This document shows, one piece after another, positions 23,660 to 24,000 of a DNA stretch of 24,000 nucleotides (its first letter is position 1; each line of letters opens with the position of its first letter). A model generated the notes under the pieces. The model was not told the origin of the DNA. It ran no database searches and saw only the letters and a program-made list of their open reading frames with translations. The DNA is from Oscillospiraceae bacterium (lineage in GTDB: Bacteria; Bacillota; Clostridia; Oscillospirales; Oscillospiraceae), in assembly GCA_902791215.1 (NCBI GenBank), contig CADAUZ010000001.1, positions 1-24,000 of the forward strand. The letters are read 5' to 3'. Both the position numbers and the translations under genes were made by a program.

Positions 23660-23826
23660 CTCTACGTCTCTTTTTGCCTCTGTGAGGCTCTCGTTTGATC
23701 TGCGCCTTGCTTGTGTTTTTATTATACGCAGTTTTCTCAGACTGTCAAGCTAAGATTTTTGACCAGAAATTTATTCCGAACTGCCGAGAGGGTTATCAGA
23801 AAGAAATGATAAACACTATTACAATC

Positions 23827-23856
23827 GGGAGAGGCTCGCCGCCTCTCCCTTTGCTT
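23827..23856 (+). terminator. Orphan plus-strand terminator-like hairpin
   Basis: Perfect 9-bp stem GGGAGAGGC/GCCTCTCCC with loop TCGCC, followed by TTTGCTT. No supported plus-strand gene lies upstream. Confidence 0.45.
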
Positions 23857-24000
23857 ACCTCTGACGCACGTCGATAACCACGGCGTGTTTTTGAAAAACC
23901 TATGTTCTGATGATTTCCCGTCTGCCGCGTGTCCGGTTCCCGTGACAAGCGCTCCAGCGTCTCCATATCAAAAGTGCCCTCAGTGACGACAATGCAGCCA

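Noticed and set aside
23695-23877. 60-aa plus-strand ORF with a hydrophobic N-terminus
   Set aside because: It reads through the 23827-23856 terminator-like hairpin and has AT-rich atypical codon usage. It has only a weak GAGG upstream of a TTG start. I kept it only as a possibility inside the AT-rich-region finding.
23799-23999. Open minus-strand frame entering from the right edge (...IVVTEGTFDMETLERLSREPDTRQ...), possibly the 3' end of a gene outside the window
   Set aside because: Not resolved. Third-position GC favours this frame near the edge, but it continues through the hairpin into AT-rich sequence. Another frame stops at about 23902. No family motif is recognisable in about 65 codons, so I do not report it as a feature.
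1-24000. Scan for CRISPR arrays, tRNA/rRNA genes, tandem-repeat arrays and diversity-generating template/variable repeat pairs
   Set aside because: I found no regularly spaced direct repeats, no cloverleaf-compatible or rRNA-like segments in the non-coding gaps, and no long duplicated segments by eye. A computational repeat/tRNA scan (tRNAscan-SE, Infernal, a self dot-plot) would be needed to exclude them formally.

Overview
High-GC Firmicutes/Clostridia-type chromosomal segment. spoIVA, a SigH-type sigma factor and a CwlD-like amidase point to a spore-former. I support 27 protein-coding genes and recognised no rRNA, tRNA or CRISPR array. (1) 1-~930: the 3' part of a large serine recombinase gene (Zn-ribbon, coiled coil, DUF4368-type tail) sits in visibly more AT-rich DNA. 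A nested palindromic junction follows it, which I read as the right end of an integrated mobile element whose body lies left of the window. (2) 1.0-4.9 kb, minus strand: a DUF554 membrane protein, a YjjI-family glycyl-radical enzyme, its YjjW-family radical-SAM activase and a YczE/YitT-like membrane protein. This is the best candidate here for unknown biology, because I know of no assigned reaction for the enzyme family. (3) 5.2-8.6 kb: a DUF1269-like glycine-zipper protein, a RumA/RlmD-type rRNA methyltransferase, a small disordered lipoprotein and dapA. (4) 8.7-22.5 kb: an unbroken run of 17 plus-strand genes. They are queA-tgt-yajC-YrzE-like, xerD-like, ruvCAB, sigH-like, a zinc-ribbon protein, DUF1858, trmK, nif3, spoIVA (with a sigma-E-type promoter), cwlD-like, radA and a radA-coupled uncharacterised protein. 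(5) 22.5-24 kb: a second Xer-like tyrosine recombinase on the minus strand in lower-GC DNA. Its upstream region carries a dif-like 28-mer, then an AT-rich, apparently gene-free stretch with two orphan terminator-like hairpins. Several near-consensus sigma-A promoters and intrinsic terminators are readable directly. I found no clear multi-gene defence or biosynthetic system. All family assignments come from reading the translations and need HMM or BLAST confirmation.
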